From positions 63,302,001 to 63,366,000 of the forward strand of contig NC_058377.1 of the NCBI RefSeq assembly GCF_018350175.1: a DNA stretch of 64,000 bases, in the 5' to 3' direction. Below the pieces are notes generated by a model that saw only the letters and a list, made by a program, of their open reading frames with translations, did not search any database and was not told the origin of the DNA. The position numbers and the translations under genes were made by a program. Of the stretch, positions 11,189 through 22,975 are shown in pieces; position 1 is the first letter of the stretch; each line of letters starts with the position of its first letter. The DNA comes from Felis catus (Eukaryota).

Positions 11189-12411
11189 AAGAAGGGAATG
11201 CAGGAGGAATAAACTATCACCTGAGAGCTCCCAGGGGAAGACTGCACTGGTGCCGAGTGACTGATAATTGAGCACACTATCCATGCTGGTCAGGGCATGG
11301 ATCTAGGCAGTCCTACTCATAATTGGAGCCAGAAGTGCAGGCCCCATAAGAACACTTGCCCTAGAACTTCAGAGAGTTCATCTGTCCCTACACCTGCCTA
11401 GCAGGTCCCAACTGGTGGGGACAAAGAGGCTCAGGGAGGTGAAAATAACCAAGACTTCCATGTGGTCTGCGTGGTGCTCCCTTGATCTCTATAAAGCCCC
11501 CATGGTCTCCGTGGACAGGTCCTCCCATCCTAGTCCCAGGAATCATACACCAGGACAATGTCGAGCTTTCCTATGGCTTCTCATAACCAACCTTCCCTGA
11601 TCTGTCCTTCCCCAAACCTTGTGGAGTGCCTTCTCTGCCGGTTACTACACCAGGTGCAAGGAATGTAAGGATGAGTTAAGTGCTACAGCTTTCAGATTAA
11701 GAGTATGACAGCTACAGATTCCAGTCCGGGCTCTGCCCTTCATCAGCCATATGCCCTATTCCTCTGAGCCTCAGCCTTTTGTAGAGGGAGAAGTCAGAGC
11801 CCCTGACTCCCAAATCACTGAGTGCTGGTTATAATTATCTCTGGAACTGGTAGTCAACTCCAGGGGACTAGAACTCAGGAAGGGGTATGAGGATTCTCAT
11901 TCCACTGTGGAGAAGGGGCGATGATCATGGAATGGGGAACAGGAGGATGAAGCAGGGCTCCACAGCTTCAGCAGTGAGCTTGAAAATTGGCCATGGAGTC
12001 TCCCACACCTGGCTTCCACCTGGGATAGCCCCAAGGTCCCCAACCCAGGCCTGGGCTTCAGGAATTACTGTCATACCCTCAAACTGTTCTCCCTGCAGCT
12101 GCTGGCTGGGTTCTGGGCAAGGGTCATTTTTTCCCAAGCTCCTTCTCAGCTGTAGGGCACACAGCCAAAGGACTTACTATTTCTGCAGGAGACATGGGCC
12201 CAGGGACAGGGACTTGGCAGGTGGCTAAGAGTCCCAGGGGTTCACCCTCTCTTGTGTTCTACTCCTGAAACTTTAAAACATCAGGGCTCTTAGGATTCTG
12301 GATCACCTGCCTGCCTGCTTGCCCACCTTTTAGTTCAGAGTGAGTCCCACCCTCCCATACCCTTGCAGCCCCACCCCACAAGAAAGCAACAAAACCATCT
12401 TGGTGAACACA

Positions 12412-12417
12412 TTTACT
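12412..12417 (-). terminator. TRIM3: Probable TRIM3 polyadenylation signal, variant AGTAAA
   Basis: AGTAAA ~410 nt after the stop, followed by GU/U-rich ggttttgttgctttcttgtgg; nearest canonical AATAAA on this strand is at 11002-11018. Confidence 0.55.
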
Positions 12418-12824
12418 TAATATGGGGGGTGGGGTATTGCTGTCTCTGTCAGTGTGTATGGTGTGGTAGGGAGACAACCAGAGGGACTTTTGCCCTGGAG
12501 TGAGAGGCTGTTCTGGCCCCAGGCTGGGGGGTGGGGGCAGACTGAGGGGACAGGGCAGGCGTGTAAGGTGGGGAGAGGGGGAAGGGTGAAGCTCTGCACA
12601 CATCCTTGGGACCACAGTCCAGGCCCACCCAGTCACCAAAGCAAGAACCGAATAAATAAAGTGCAACCGTGGGGTTGGGAGACGGGGAGAGGGAGGGCAC
12701 TGGGCGCACCCACGCCCACAGCCCACATTCAGTGCTGCCAGGTCCGGCCCAACTCCCGGCCAGACCCTCTTGTCCAATCCCCCCATGTCTGTCCCTCCAT
12801 GAGCCAGGCAGGGCCCCTGTGCAG

Positions 12825-12977
12825 CTACTGGAGGTAGCGATAAGCTTTAAAGCAGTGGTTGCCAGCATCGGCCACCACCACGTGTCCATCTGAGGTCAGT
12901 GCCAGGCCCTGGGGGCCATACAGTGGCTCTGCAGACGTGTTGATGTAGGACAGGAAGGAGCCAGAGCTGTCGAATAC
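12825..12977 (-). CDS. TRIM3: TRIM3 last coding exon (NHL repeat, TAG stop)
   Basis: [50 protein letters not shown]. Confidence 0.97.
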
Positions 12978-13126
12978 CTGGGGAATGAGTGGACAATGGA
13001 GGGAGAGGTGAGATCAGGTGGATGAGAGGCATTTGCAGGGGTGTGGCAGGGGAGTTGCGGGAGGGGGGGGGCTGGTGCACGGAGCACAGCAGGAAGCCTC
13101 AGCCCCATGCCATCCCTGGGCCTTAC

Positions 13127-13267
13127 CTGGATGCGGCTGTTGCCCCAGTCGGCCACAATGATGTTCCCATTGGAGTCGACTGCTACTCCTGTGGGGGCGT
13201 TGAACTGCCCATTGCCCTCTCCATGGGAGCCAAACTTGAAGAGGAACTCTCCGTCGGCAGTGTACAC
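13127..13267 (-). CDS. TRIM3: TRIM3 coding exon (NHL, 141 nt)
   Basis: [47 protein letters not shown]; AG/GT. Confidence 0.97.
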
Positions 13268-14321
13268 CTGGCAGGGGAAAGGGCTGGGGACTGGGGACCT
13301 GGCCTCGGGCAGAGTCTTCAAGGAGGAGAGGGTGAAGCCCCAGGGCTGGGGACCCCCACATCTACAGCTCCAGCCCAGTTCTTCGTCCCAGGCTTCACAT
13401 CCATGTTTCCCACTGCCTACTGAATAGGTCCAGCTAATGTACCTTGGGCTTATCAAATCTAACAGCTCAACTTCCCCGCGTTTTTTTTTTTCTTTTTTTT
13501 TAATGGCAATGCCCATCTGGCCATGAGTCGTTCTGAACTCCACCTTCTCCTCTGCTTGACGGCCAGTGAATTAACACAAATTGCTGATTCTCTCAAAACT
13601 GCACCCTACTGTATATATTGCCCCTGCAGCGGTCCTCAACATTTCTCATCTAGATTACTACAAAAGACGGATCATCCCGACACCAGTCTCACCCCAGCCA
13701 GAGTGATCTAAGACATAGCACTGCATTACCCTGCTGCCTGCAACCCTTCAGTGACTCCCCATAACTCTTAGGAAGAGAGCAAGCCCCTTAACAGGGTTCA
13801 CAAGATTCATCCACACTTGATCCATACTCCCCTCTTCAAACCCAGTCTGAACTACTGGTGGTTTCTCGAACACACTGTTAAGGGACCATCTCCAAATCTT
13901 GGTCCTCTTGTCCTCCTTGCCTCAAATCCTTTCCTCCTTCTCTCCCTTCCGGTTAGTTCCCCTGCTGCTTTAGGTGGTTCTCAGTCTCACCTGAATCAAT
14001 TTCTTCTACCATGCCCTCACACAGTGCCCTGCACTGCCCTACCACAGAATCTATCACATCATACTGTAATATAATAATACACAGCAATATGCTGCTTTAC
14101 CTCTCCCCTACTAAACCATAACAAAGAACACAGCGTATTTGCTTTATTCATTGCTGTATCCCCAGCTTCTAGCATAGCACCTGGGACAAAGTAGCCATGC
14201 CATAAATGTTTATTGTTCAAATGAATGATCTCAAGGGGGGAAAATGGTGAGGGAGAGAGCAGTCTTGTGAAAGAGGAAAAGATGTCAGGACAGCGGTCAT
14301 AGAGGGAAGAAAGACACTGAC

Positions 14322-14392
14322 CTTCACTGAATGGTTATGGAAATCCGTCACTACAATCTCATTCTTGTTGTTTACAGCCACAAAATGGGGCC
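14322..14392 (-). CDS. TRIM3: TRIM3 coding exon (71 nt)
   Basis: G|[23 protein letters not shown]; AG/GT; phase fits. Confidence 0.96.
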
Positions 14393-14646
14393 CTGAAAAT
14401 ACAAAGCAGTCTCTAGGGCAGTAAAATGGGATACTGCATGGGATGGAGAAGAATATCTGGGATGATAAAGCTGGGGCATTGGAAAAGGGGTGGGGTCTCA
14501 GAGGCTGACAGGTATGGTACCAAGGTATAGTGAAGGGAGGGGGTCCTCTGGAGCCAAGATATGGGGGGGTAGTTGAAGCTGGGGTATCCGGGGTAGTTCT
14601 CTGGGACTGGGGTATCAGAATAGATCTCTGAATTATTCCCCAATAC

Positions 14647-14815
14647 CTGCAAAGTGGCGGTCAGTGGCACCACGGCCCCCAAAACGGCCAACCAGCTTGC
14701 CATTGGGCTGGAAAGTAAAGACGCAGCAAGACTTGTTGTCGACCACAATGATATGTCCATTCCGGTCTACGGCCACTCCTTTGGGGCCCATGAGACGGCC
14801 AGCTCCAATCTTGGT
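14647..14815 (-). CDS. TRIM3: TRIM3 coding exon (169 nt)
   Basis: [56 protein letters not shown]. Confidence 0.97.
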
Positions 14816-14996
14816 CTGGAAGAAGGGGATACCCATTAGGGCCTTTATCCTGCCTTGTCGGAAGAGTAGTCCCAGCCTGACACTAAAGGAGAACCTTGGG
14901 CTGGGGATGGTCAGACCCTGACCAGCAGGAGGCACTAGAATGGTCACCTGAGCTGGCCATTAGGAATGCAGAGCACAGTGACAGTAGGCCTCTCAC

Positions 14997-15164
14997 CTTG
15001 AATTTGCCCTCAGGGGAGAAGATGCTGACCCAACGGTTGTCATAGTCTGCCACAATAATGTCTCCATTGGTGTCCACTGCCACACCTGTAGGGCGCTGCA
15101 GCTGCCCAGGTGAGCGCCCTCGGACCCCAAAGCGGAACTTGAACTGGCCTTCATTGGAGAAAAC
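14997..15164 (-). CDS. TRIM3: TRIM3 coding exon (168 nt)
   Basis: [56 protein letters not shown]. Confidence 0.97.
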
Positions 15165-15394
15165 CTGGAGCAGAGGAGCAAGGGAGGGAGCGGGGAGGAG
15201 GGGAGACTGTGGGCACAGAGGGAAGGGAGCAAGATCCTGAGGGAGGAGACCCCCCCCCCCCGTTCATTCAGTCATTCAACAAACATTTACCAACACCATG
15301 CTGGGGGTACAGTGAAGAATCAGACAAGGCCGCAGACCTGAAGTGACATGTAGCACAGGTATAAACAGGGCTGTAAGAATATGAGAGGGAATAT

Positions 15395-15588
15395 GGGACA
15401 CCTGGGTGGCTCAGTCAGTTAAGCATCCTACTTCAGCTTAGGTCATTATTTCATGGTTCATGGGTTTGAGCCCCGCATTGGGCTCTGTGCTGACAGCTTG
15501 GAGCCTGGAGCCTGCTTCAGATTCTGTATCTCCCTCACTCTCTACCTCTCCCCTGCTCACACTCTCTTAAAAAAAAAAAAAAAAAAAA
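15395..15588 (+). mobile_element. Can-SINE
   Basis: Head, B box, long A tail; degenerate TSD starting AAGAATA. Confidence 0.9.
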
Positions 15589-15890
15589 GAATAAGAGAGA
15601 GATGAGGGGGACTGGCCAGGAAAGGCTCTGAAAGATGAATATCTGAGCTAATAGCCTAATAAAGATGCCAAGAGATGAACCAAAGCTGGCCAGTAAAGGA
15701 GGTGGAAAGGCACTTTAAGCAGAGTCAACAGTGTGTGAAAGGCACAGGGTGCAGTATGGGCACTGCTCGTCCAGTGAGGCTGGATTGCAGGGAGCACTCC
15801 CATGAACAGCAGGAGTAAAGTTCCCCCTGGGTATAATGAGAATTCACTGAAAATTTCTGGGCAGAGGAGTGACAAGATGAGATCTGCTTT

Positions 15891-16564
15891 TGTGGTATAA
15901 CAAGAAATATATTTGGTCTTTGTCCCCAGTGCTTGGCACTCTTGGAATTTCCTGATTAATGGGATTGTCTTTTGTCATTCACAAGGAGCCCCTTGTGACT
16001 TAGGTGACTTAGGGTGGGGCCCCTATGAAGCTTCAGGATGAGGCTGGTCACCAGAAAGACCTGATGATTAAAGGGTTGGAACTTTCAGCCCTATCCACCA
16101 ACCTGTGAGAAGGAGAAGAGGGGAATGGTACAGATCTGAAGTACCTCCATGTTGGTGCCGGGAGGGTGGCGCACCCCAATTCCACAGGGACCAAAGTTCC
16201 TGCAGTAGTGACTCTTCCAGACCTCACCCTCTGTACTTCCCTATCTGGTTGTTCATCTGTATGCTTTATAGTATCCTCTGTAGTAAACTGGCAAACGGAA
16301 TAAAATGCTCCTCTGAGTTCCATGAGTCACTCTAGCAAATTAATAGAACCTGAGGAGGGGGTCATATGACACTCCAATTTATAGCTGGTCAGTAAGAAGC
16401 ACAAGTAACAATCCAGACTTGTGACTGGCATCTGATGTGAGGGCAGTCTTGTGGGAAGTGATGCTATCTCTATAGGTAAACTGTCAAAACGGAGTTAAAT
16501 TTGCAGGACACCTGGCCAATGTCCACTGAGAGTTGCTTGGTGGTATTGAAAAAACCACATGGGC
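15891..16564 (+). mobile_element. Solo LTR, MER21-like
   Basis: Starts TGTGGTATAACAAGAAATATATTTGGTCTT; contains GGCTGGTCACCAGAAAGACC and GGGTTGGAACTTTCAGCCC as in remembered MER21; flanked by GCTTT on both sides. Confidence 0.65.
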
Positions 16565-16586
16565 GCTTTTAAGAAAGAGCACTTTG

Positions 16587-16838
16587 GGGGCGCCTGGGTG
16601 GCGCAGTCGGTTAAGCGCCGACTTCAGCCAGGTCACGATCTTGCGGTCCGTGAGTTCGAGCCCCGCGTCGGGCTCTGGGCTGATGGCTCAGAGCCTGGAG
16701 CCTGTTTCCGATTCTGTGTCTCCCTCTCTCTCTGCCCCTCCCCTGTTCATGCTCTGTCTCTCTCTGTCCCAAAAATAAATAAAAAACGTTGAAAAAAAAA
16801 ATTTAAAAAAAAATAAAAAAAAAAATAAAAAAAAAAAA
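16587..16838 (+). mobile_element. Young felid SINE (SINEC_Fc type)
   Basis: CpGs intact, long patterned A tail, perfect 17-bp TSD AAGAAAGAGCACTTTGG. Confidence 0.97.
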
Positions 16839-18302
16839 GAAAGAGCACTTTGGCTGCAGGGAGGGGTCAACACTGGACACTGGCTGGGTAGCCAGAGGCA
16901 CTGCACTAGTCCAGGTGAGAAGTGATGATGGCTTTGACCAGGGTACTTGCTGGAGTGAAGATGGACTCAGGAGACATGGGAGGAAGACAACAGGACTTGG
17001 TAGCACACAAGAAAGGGCAGGGTGGTGGACAAGGATGAGCACATACAGGCCAAGGGGCTGACAAGGTAACCTTCCTCCTGGACAGAGTGAACCTTCTGAC
17101 CTTTTCCCCTCTCCTACCTTCTCTTTTAGCCACCCAACATACTCAGGTCTTCCCATCCTTCAATTCTCCCTCCCTCTATAGCCTCTTGCTTCTCCTTCAC
17201 AGCCAAAACATCACTCACTACACAAGTCTCACATGATCTGCTTTGTTATAGACTCTAGGGACACAAGATGAGTCAGAGCCAGGAGCAGCCTTGGGGAACT
17301 CAAGTTCTGGGCCTTGCCCTTGCTCTTCCATCCAGACCTGCTCCCCCTAAGTGGGCTAGGCTCCCTGCCCCTGCTCCATCTCTCATGCCTGCAGGGCTGT
17401 TTGAACTAGTCCTCCCTCCTGATGTGGACTTCTATCATGCCCTCAGCTGGCAGGCCAGCACAGCCCGGGGGTCTGCCCTGGTCCCCTGTGGCAGGCCAGC
17501 ACTAGCTAGCACGAGAGGGAGGCACCATCTTGCAAGAGGGACTAAAGGTGCTGCCAGATCAGCAATGAGGCTGCACGTGTGCCTCCTCCAGTCTGAACAG
17601 CTCAGTCTCTGGCTCAACGCTGAGGCTTGGAGTAGGGGTGAGGGGAAATGGAGTAGGCTCTTCCCATCCTATCCTATCCCACCCCTGACACCTAGCCAAC
17701 TCCTACTCATCTTTTGATTCTTAGAAATTTCCAGGTCGCTTCTTCAGAAAAGCCTTTAATGACCAACTCCAGCCCTTAAATCAACATATACGCATAAAAG
17801 TAGGCCTCCATGATACATGCTTTACAGTTCTTTTGCTAACAAATGACACTTCTGGAACTAACTGCTAAACACCCTTGTCTCCAAAGGATGTAAGCCTCAG
17901 GTGGAACAGGGACTGTCTGCCTTATTTGTTACTGCATTTGCAGCACTGGTACAGAAACAAGTACATGAATTCCTCAGCTCAAGCTCAGACAGAACTGGCC
18001 ATCACCACTAGGGTGCCACACAGCCATATCACACTCAACATGTGTGCAAGAGAATTCATCAACTTATACCCCGGCCTGCTCCTGAAAGGCAGCACCAGCT
18101 ACCCGGTGCACCAAGTCCTGCCGTTCTTGACCCCTTCTTCTCCTTTGACATGTGATGGCCCATTATCACCTGACACATTTGTTTTCTTAACCTCTCTAGA
18201 ATCTGCTGGTGCCCTAGTCTGGTCCTTAACCTCTCTCTCCTATACCATAGTAGCACTAAGTAACTTCAGGATCTGAGTCTAGTTGAGGGGAGACAGACTA
18301 AT

Positions 18303-18329
18303 AAAACAAAACAAAACAAAACAAAACAA
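18303..18329. repeat. (AAAAC)n microsatellite
   Basis: About five copies visible. Confidence 0.9.
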
Positions 18330-19333
18330 GCTAGTGATTCTGGTAAAGTATGAAAAATGTGATAGCAAAGGCGGAGGGAACTCAAAGGAGAATGTGATTA
18401 ATATTCTTCCTGAAGGAAACGAGGAAGTCTTCACAGAAGAACTGATAAAATTTCTGGACTAAGATGATTACACACGGATACAATATATACAAATAAAATT
18501 CTTCATTCAAAATCACAAAATATTTTTCCCTTCTGTCAGCTGATGTTGATTCAGCACAATGAAGGGATTTGTCTCAGCTGTCACCACAGACCGTCCAAAG
18601 GAGGAAAAGTTCACAAGGTCACCAAATCTCACTGTTTGGGAAGTGAGGTGGGAAGGCAACTTCCACCTGGGGCCCGGTCCCTACCAAGCTGGGGGACCCC
18701 AAAATAAAAGAAGCAGAAACTCAGCTCGGGGATCTGAGAGTCCAGGTCCTAGTGGTTATGCCGCTGGGGTGCTGATGGGAATAGGAATGAGAAGGAGGGC
18801 TGCCATAGGAGTGGCGGGTGTCTGGAGGGGAGGGGGGCTGCTCCAGGCCCTCCTTCTCAATTCCCCAGCCCCTCATCAGGGAGACAAAGCAACATGCATC
18901 TTTGTGTGCATGCGAGCACTCATGTGTGTGCACACCTGGGAAGGCTTCCCAAATCTCAGCTCTTGTGCCAGAAGGCATCCCTGGCATAAGAAGAAGGAAA
19001 AGAACTAGAAGGTGAAGGGTGGGACTGAGTAGGGACCTGGCACCAGCCCTACTCACCTCATCCCTCCCTCACTATCTGGGCTGGACCCAAATGCTGCCAT
19101 GTGCTACCCTGCACCTCTTCATTCCTCTGCTCTTAGGAATAGCAGAGGAATCAAAGCAGGTGGGACAGTACAGGGAATGTGGTCATGGAAAAGTTCCTGG
19201 CACCTTCAGCCTGCTACATGGAAAGCAGGGGTCGGGAGGAACCGACACTAAGGTGACAGACCTTTGGCAGAGCTGGAAGTGTGACAGGGGTACTCAGTCA
19301 GGGTTAGGAAGGACTTTAAATGTATAGGTGTAG

Positions 19334-19532
19334 GGGGACACCTGGTGGCTCACGTTGGTTGGGCGTCTGACATCAGCTTAGGTCATGATCTCGTGGTTTG
19401 TGGGTTCGAACCCCGCATCAGGCTCTGTGCTGACAGAGCCTGCTTTGGATTCTGTGTTCCCCTCTCTCTCTGCCCCTCCCCACTCATGCTCTGTATCTCT
19501 CCCCTTCAGATATAAATAAACATTAAAAACAT
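19334..19532 (+). mobile_element. Can-SINE
   Basis: TSD TTTAAATGTATAGGTGTAG at 19315-19333 and 19533-19551. Confidence 0.93.
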
Positions 19533-20735
19533 TTTAAATGTATAGGTGTAGTGAAGTAAGAATCCTCAAGAAAAGTTTTGCCACCTGATACAACGTTTGC
19601 AAGAACTGAATGAAGTCCATGGTAGTTAGAAACAATCCTGCACAGGATAAAATTAAAATTCCACAGCATCCTCTCTAAAACCATTTACAACGCTACCTCA
19701 GCTACTGGGCTTCTAATAGTAATCCACCTCTAGCCGGCTGGGATCCTTCCAGTTCCCTGAACAACCTCCTCCAGCACTTTCCCACCTCCTGGCTTTTATT
19801 TACAGTCTCCACCTGGACAATGATATTTTTAACAATAGCTAACATTAGAAGGTTCACCAGGTGTCACGCACAGTGCATTATGTCATTTTAATGTTCCCAG
19901 CAACTCCATGAGGTATTCTTTTCCTAATTTTACACATGAGTTCTCAGAAGCTAGGGAGGTCACATGACTTGTCAGTAAGTGGCAGAGCTAGGATTCAAGC
20001 CCAGGTGTCTGGTTTCAGAGCCTGAGCTTTTAACTGCTATACCGTGTTTGCCAAGCTGGTGCCTGTCACTAGGCTCTGTGCTCACTCTATGGAATACAGA
20101 GAGAAAACCACACTTCCTGGCTTTAAGGAGCTCAAAGTGCAACACGGCCACGTCCACTTGTATGGCAGATGCTTGAATCAGGTATGTGAGAGACTGGGAG
20201 CACGGAGAGCAGGACCACCTGTGAGGTTACACTGCAGCCTCTGGAAGACACCTCTTTTCACAAGTTACCCCCATTTGGGGGTAGCCAAACCAGATGTTTG
20301 CAGAGACCCACACAGACACTCTGGAGCCAGGCTGGCATGAGAAGGAAGCAGGGGAGGGCAGAGCCTGCATCCTGACCACGTAGAGAAAAGGGGAGAAAGT
20401 AAGCCAGCCAGGTGGAGGCTCAAATGGAGACAGAGGGGTGTGAAGAATGAACCAGATATTTGGGGTCCAGGAGCTGGTCTGGCCTGAGCCCCAGCCTGGG
20501 AGGTAGAGGCTGCAAGCACAGGAAAACCCTGGGGCCTAACTGCCAGGGTATTGGATAGTGTGGCCAGTGGAAGTGGGTGGGTGTGGGGTGGTGCTATGAT
20601 TCATTGCTCTTTAAGGACTGATACTATTTTTAAGGACTGGTTCACCTTTCAGGAGGTGACCTGTACCCTGTTTTTTCAGGAGGCTATAGTTTGAGAACCT
20701 TTATTGGGTCAGGGGAGAGCAGGAAAGATGCTTAC

Positions 20736-20839
20736 CTGGATACATTGGTTGTTGCTGTCTGCTACCACTATGCGTCCGCTGCTAGCTGCCGACACGCCCT
20801 GTAAATTGGTGAATTCACCCTTCTCCCTTCCTCGACTTC
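20736..20839 (-). CDS. TRIM3: TRIM3 coding exon (first NHL repeat, 104 nt)
   Basis: G|[34 protein letters not shown]. Confidence 0.97.
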
Positions 20840-20960
20840 CTGTGGGGAAGGCAGGGGAGGGGGGAAAAAGAATTCACTCTTAGGTCATTTTGAGCCTCCC
20901 TCCCAGATCTATCCTGCCCACTGCCCGCCCCCATCTGGCTCAGCCCTCAGCCATCTGTAC

Positions 20961-21693
20961 CAACTCGGAAGACAAGTTCGTCCTCAATGGGGTTGTCCTT
21001 CCGTTTGCCACCTGTGCTGTACATGGAGCTGGGCCTGCGCACCGCCTTCTGGCGTACGTGGCTGCCGGGGCCGCCGGGGGACTTGACGCGGCGCTTGACA
21101 TCGTCTGGGGAAGGTGGCAGGTCTCCAGGACGCAGGGCACGCACGCGGAAAGGGCTGCCACGCACCGGCTGGCCGTAGAGCAGCACTGAGAGGAACAGCT
21201 CGCCTTCAGTGCGTGCCGTGTACACCAGCTCGTACGTGCCGTTCTTGTGGTCCACCACCGGCACAGGAAGGCGCGTGCCGTCGGGGCCCGTGATCTCCGC
21301 GCGCAGCTCCGCGCTGCCTGTGCGCACCAGCCTCCCATCCTTGTCTTTGGTAGTGACGGTGAGTGAGGCGGGCTGGCCCACGAGCGCCTGGCGCAGGCCC
21401 TCGCCCGTGGCCACGGTCTCATGTGCAGTGGCACTCGTGGTGAGCAGCGCGCCGAGATTGAGCACCGATCGCCGCAGCCCATCGACTTCGAGGACCAGTT
21501 CCAGCTGCGCGTTCTCATGTGGCCGCTCGGGGAAGGCCTGAGCCGCCAGCGCGGCCAGCCGCTCTCGCATGTGCTTGCGCACCAGCAACACCTCCGGGGC
21601 CGAGCCCAGACGCAGGGCTTGTTCCGCGAAGCTGCAGCTGCTGCCGATATGTTCCTGTCCCTGACGCAGTGTGTCTAACTGGGTCTGCAACAC
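20961..21693 (-). CDS. TRIM3: TRIM3 coding exon (coiled-coil end and filamin/ABP280 domain, 733 nt)
   Basis: [12 protein letters not shown]...[19 protein letters not shown]...DELVFRV; AG/GT. Confidence 0.98.
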
Positions 21694-21954
21694 CTGAGGA
21701 GGGGACAGGGGAAGGTTGGTCGCGCAGAGAGGGTCTCTGTGATTCCTTAGGAACTTACGGTACTATAGCATGAAAGAATTGCAAGAAGGTGAGTATGGGC
21801 AGGAGACCGATACCGCAGTACCAATGGGACCGTGTCGGGAGGCAGAACGTATAGTCTAGGGAAAGGGTTGCCCAGGTGTGGAAAGCAGAGAAAGCGTGGA
21901 GGCAATACAGCCATGTCACAGTGGGTGGTGGTAGGGAAGGGTGAACACACGCAC

Positions 21955-22135
21955 CTTCTGCTTGGCCCCACAAATGGCCTCCAGGTCGCTGACCAGAGCC
22001 TGCTTGCGCTGTTGCAGCGCCTGTTCCAGGTCCTCGAAGGCTGCGCTGATCTGGGCCAGGGCCTCTGCTTTGCGCTCCTGCAGCTGCTGGCTGATGCCCC
22101 CCACTAAGGCGATAGCTGCGGACAGCTGTGGCAGT
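21955..22135 (-). CDS. TRIM3: TRIM3 coding exon (coiled coil, 181 nt)
   Basis: R|[60 protein letters not shown]. Confidence 0.97.
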
Positions 22136-22368
22136 CTGGGGAAGGGAAACATCTCATACCCGGGTTGCTTGAGGATGCCCTCACCAAACCGGTCCTTCCC
22201 AGGGGGCACCCTATACTGTGCCCTCTAGGAGACGCCCTACCTCGACCTCCCTGCCTTCCCTAAGAATTTTATTTCTAGCCTCCCCAACGTCCCTCCCCTT
22301 CCCCGCTGCCCCGGTTGAGACGCTCGCCGATGCCCCCCCCCCAGCCCAGGTCCCCAGCAGGCTCCTAC

Positions 22369-22520
22369 CGGCCGCGCACCGCCTCGAGCTGGCGCTGCAG
22401 GGCCGCCTTGTGCTGCTCCACCACATCGCGCAGCAGCACGGTGCCGTGCTCTCGGTGCTCCCCCGCGCGGCACTCGCCGCACATGGCCGTCTCGCAGGCC
22501 TCACAGTAAAACTCCATCGT
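22369..22520 (-). CDS. TRIM3: TRIM3 coding exon (B-box, 152 nt)
   Basis: [50 protein letters not shown]. Confidence 0.97.
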
Positions 22521-22743
22521 CTGGTGGCATAAGCACTCCAGTCAGGCAACGGCTACACCCCAAGCTTCTTTGTCTTCTCCCCTCCCAATCTGCCCTCCTT
22601 GCCCCTCGCCTTCCAGGTGCATCCCCTACCTGGACCACTCATCCAGAGAAACACCCTCTCACCCACGGCCACTCAGCCCCTCCCCCAACCTCTCCTCCCC
22701 CTCCACCCCAAGTCCTGGCCTCACTGGGCCTGCTTGGGCCCAC

Positions 22744-22975
22744 CTTGCCTTCATGGTTGGGGCAGGAGAGGGGGCGGCCAGCCACCGCGCTGAGGGGGTG
22801 GGGGTCCTCGGGGTCGTGGGCCCCATCAGGTGCCTGCTGCATGGCCTCCATGAGGCTACTGATGAAGAAGTTGTTCTGCAGTGCGGAGACACCCTGCTCG
22901 GGGAGGATGGACGTCTGCCGACACACCGGACATGACAGCGTCAGGCTCTGGGCAGGGATGTAGTTCTGGAGGCAT
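22744..22975 (-). CDS. TRIM3: TRIM3 coding exon (RING C-terminal half, 232 nt)
   Basis: R|[47 protein letters not shown]...CPNHEGK. Confidence 0.97.

Noticed and set aside
12651-12660. AATAAATAAA as the TRIM3 poly(A) signal
   Set aside because: Wrong strand; in the TRIM3 mRNA it is a U-rich patch.
20890-21773. Alternative-frame and antisense ORFs over the TRIM3 733-nt exon
   Set aside because: Expected shadows of a GC-rich coding exon; no independent signals.
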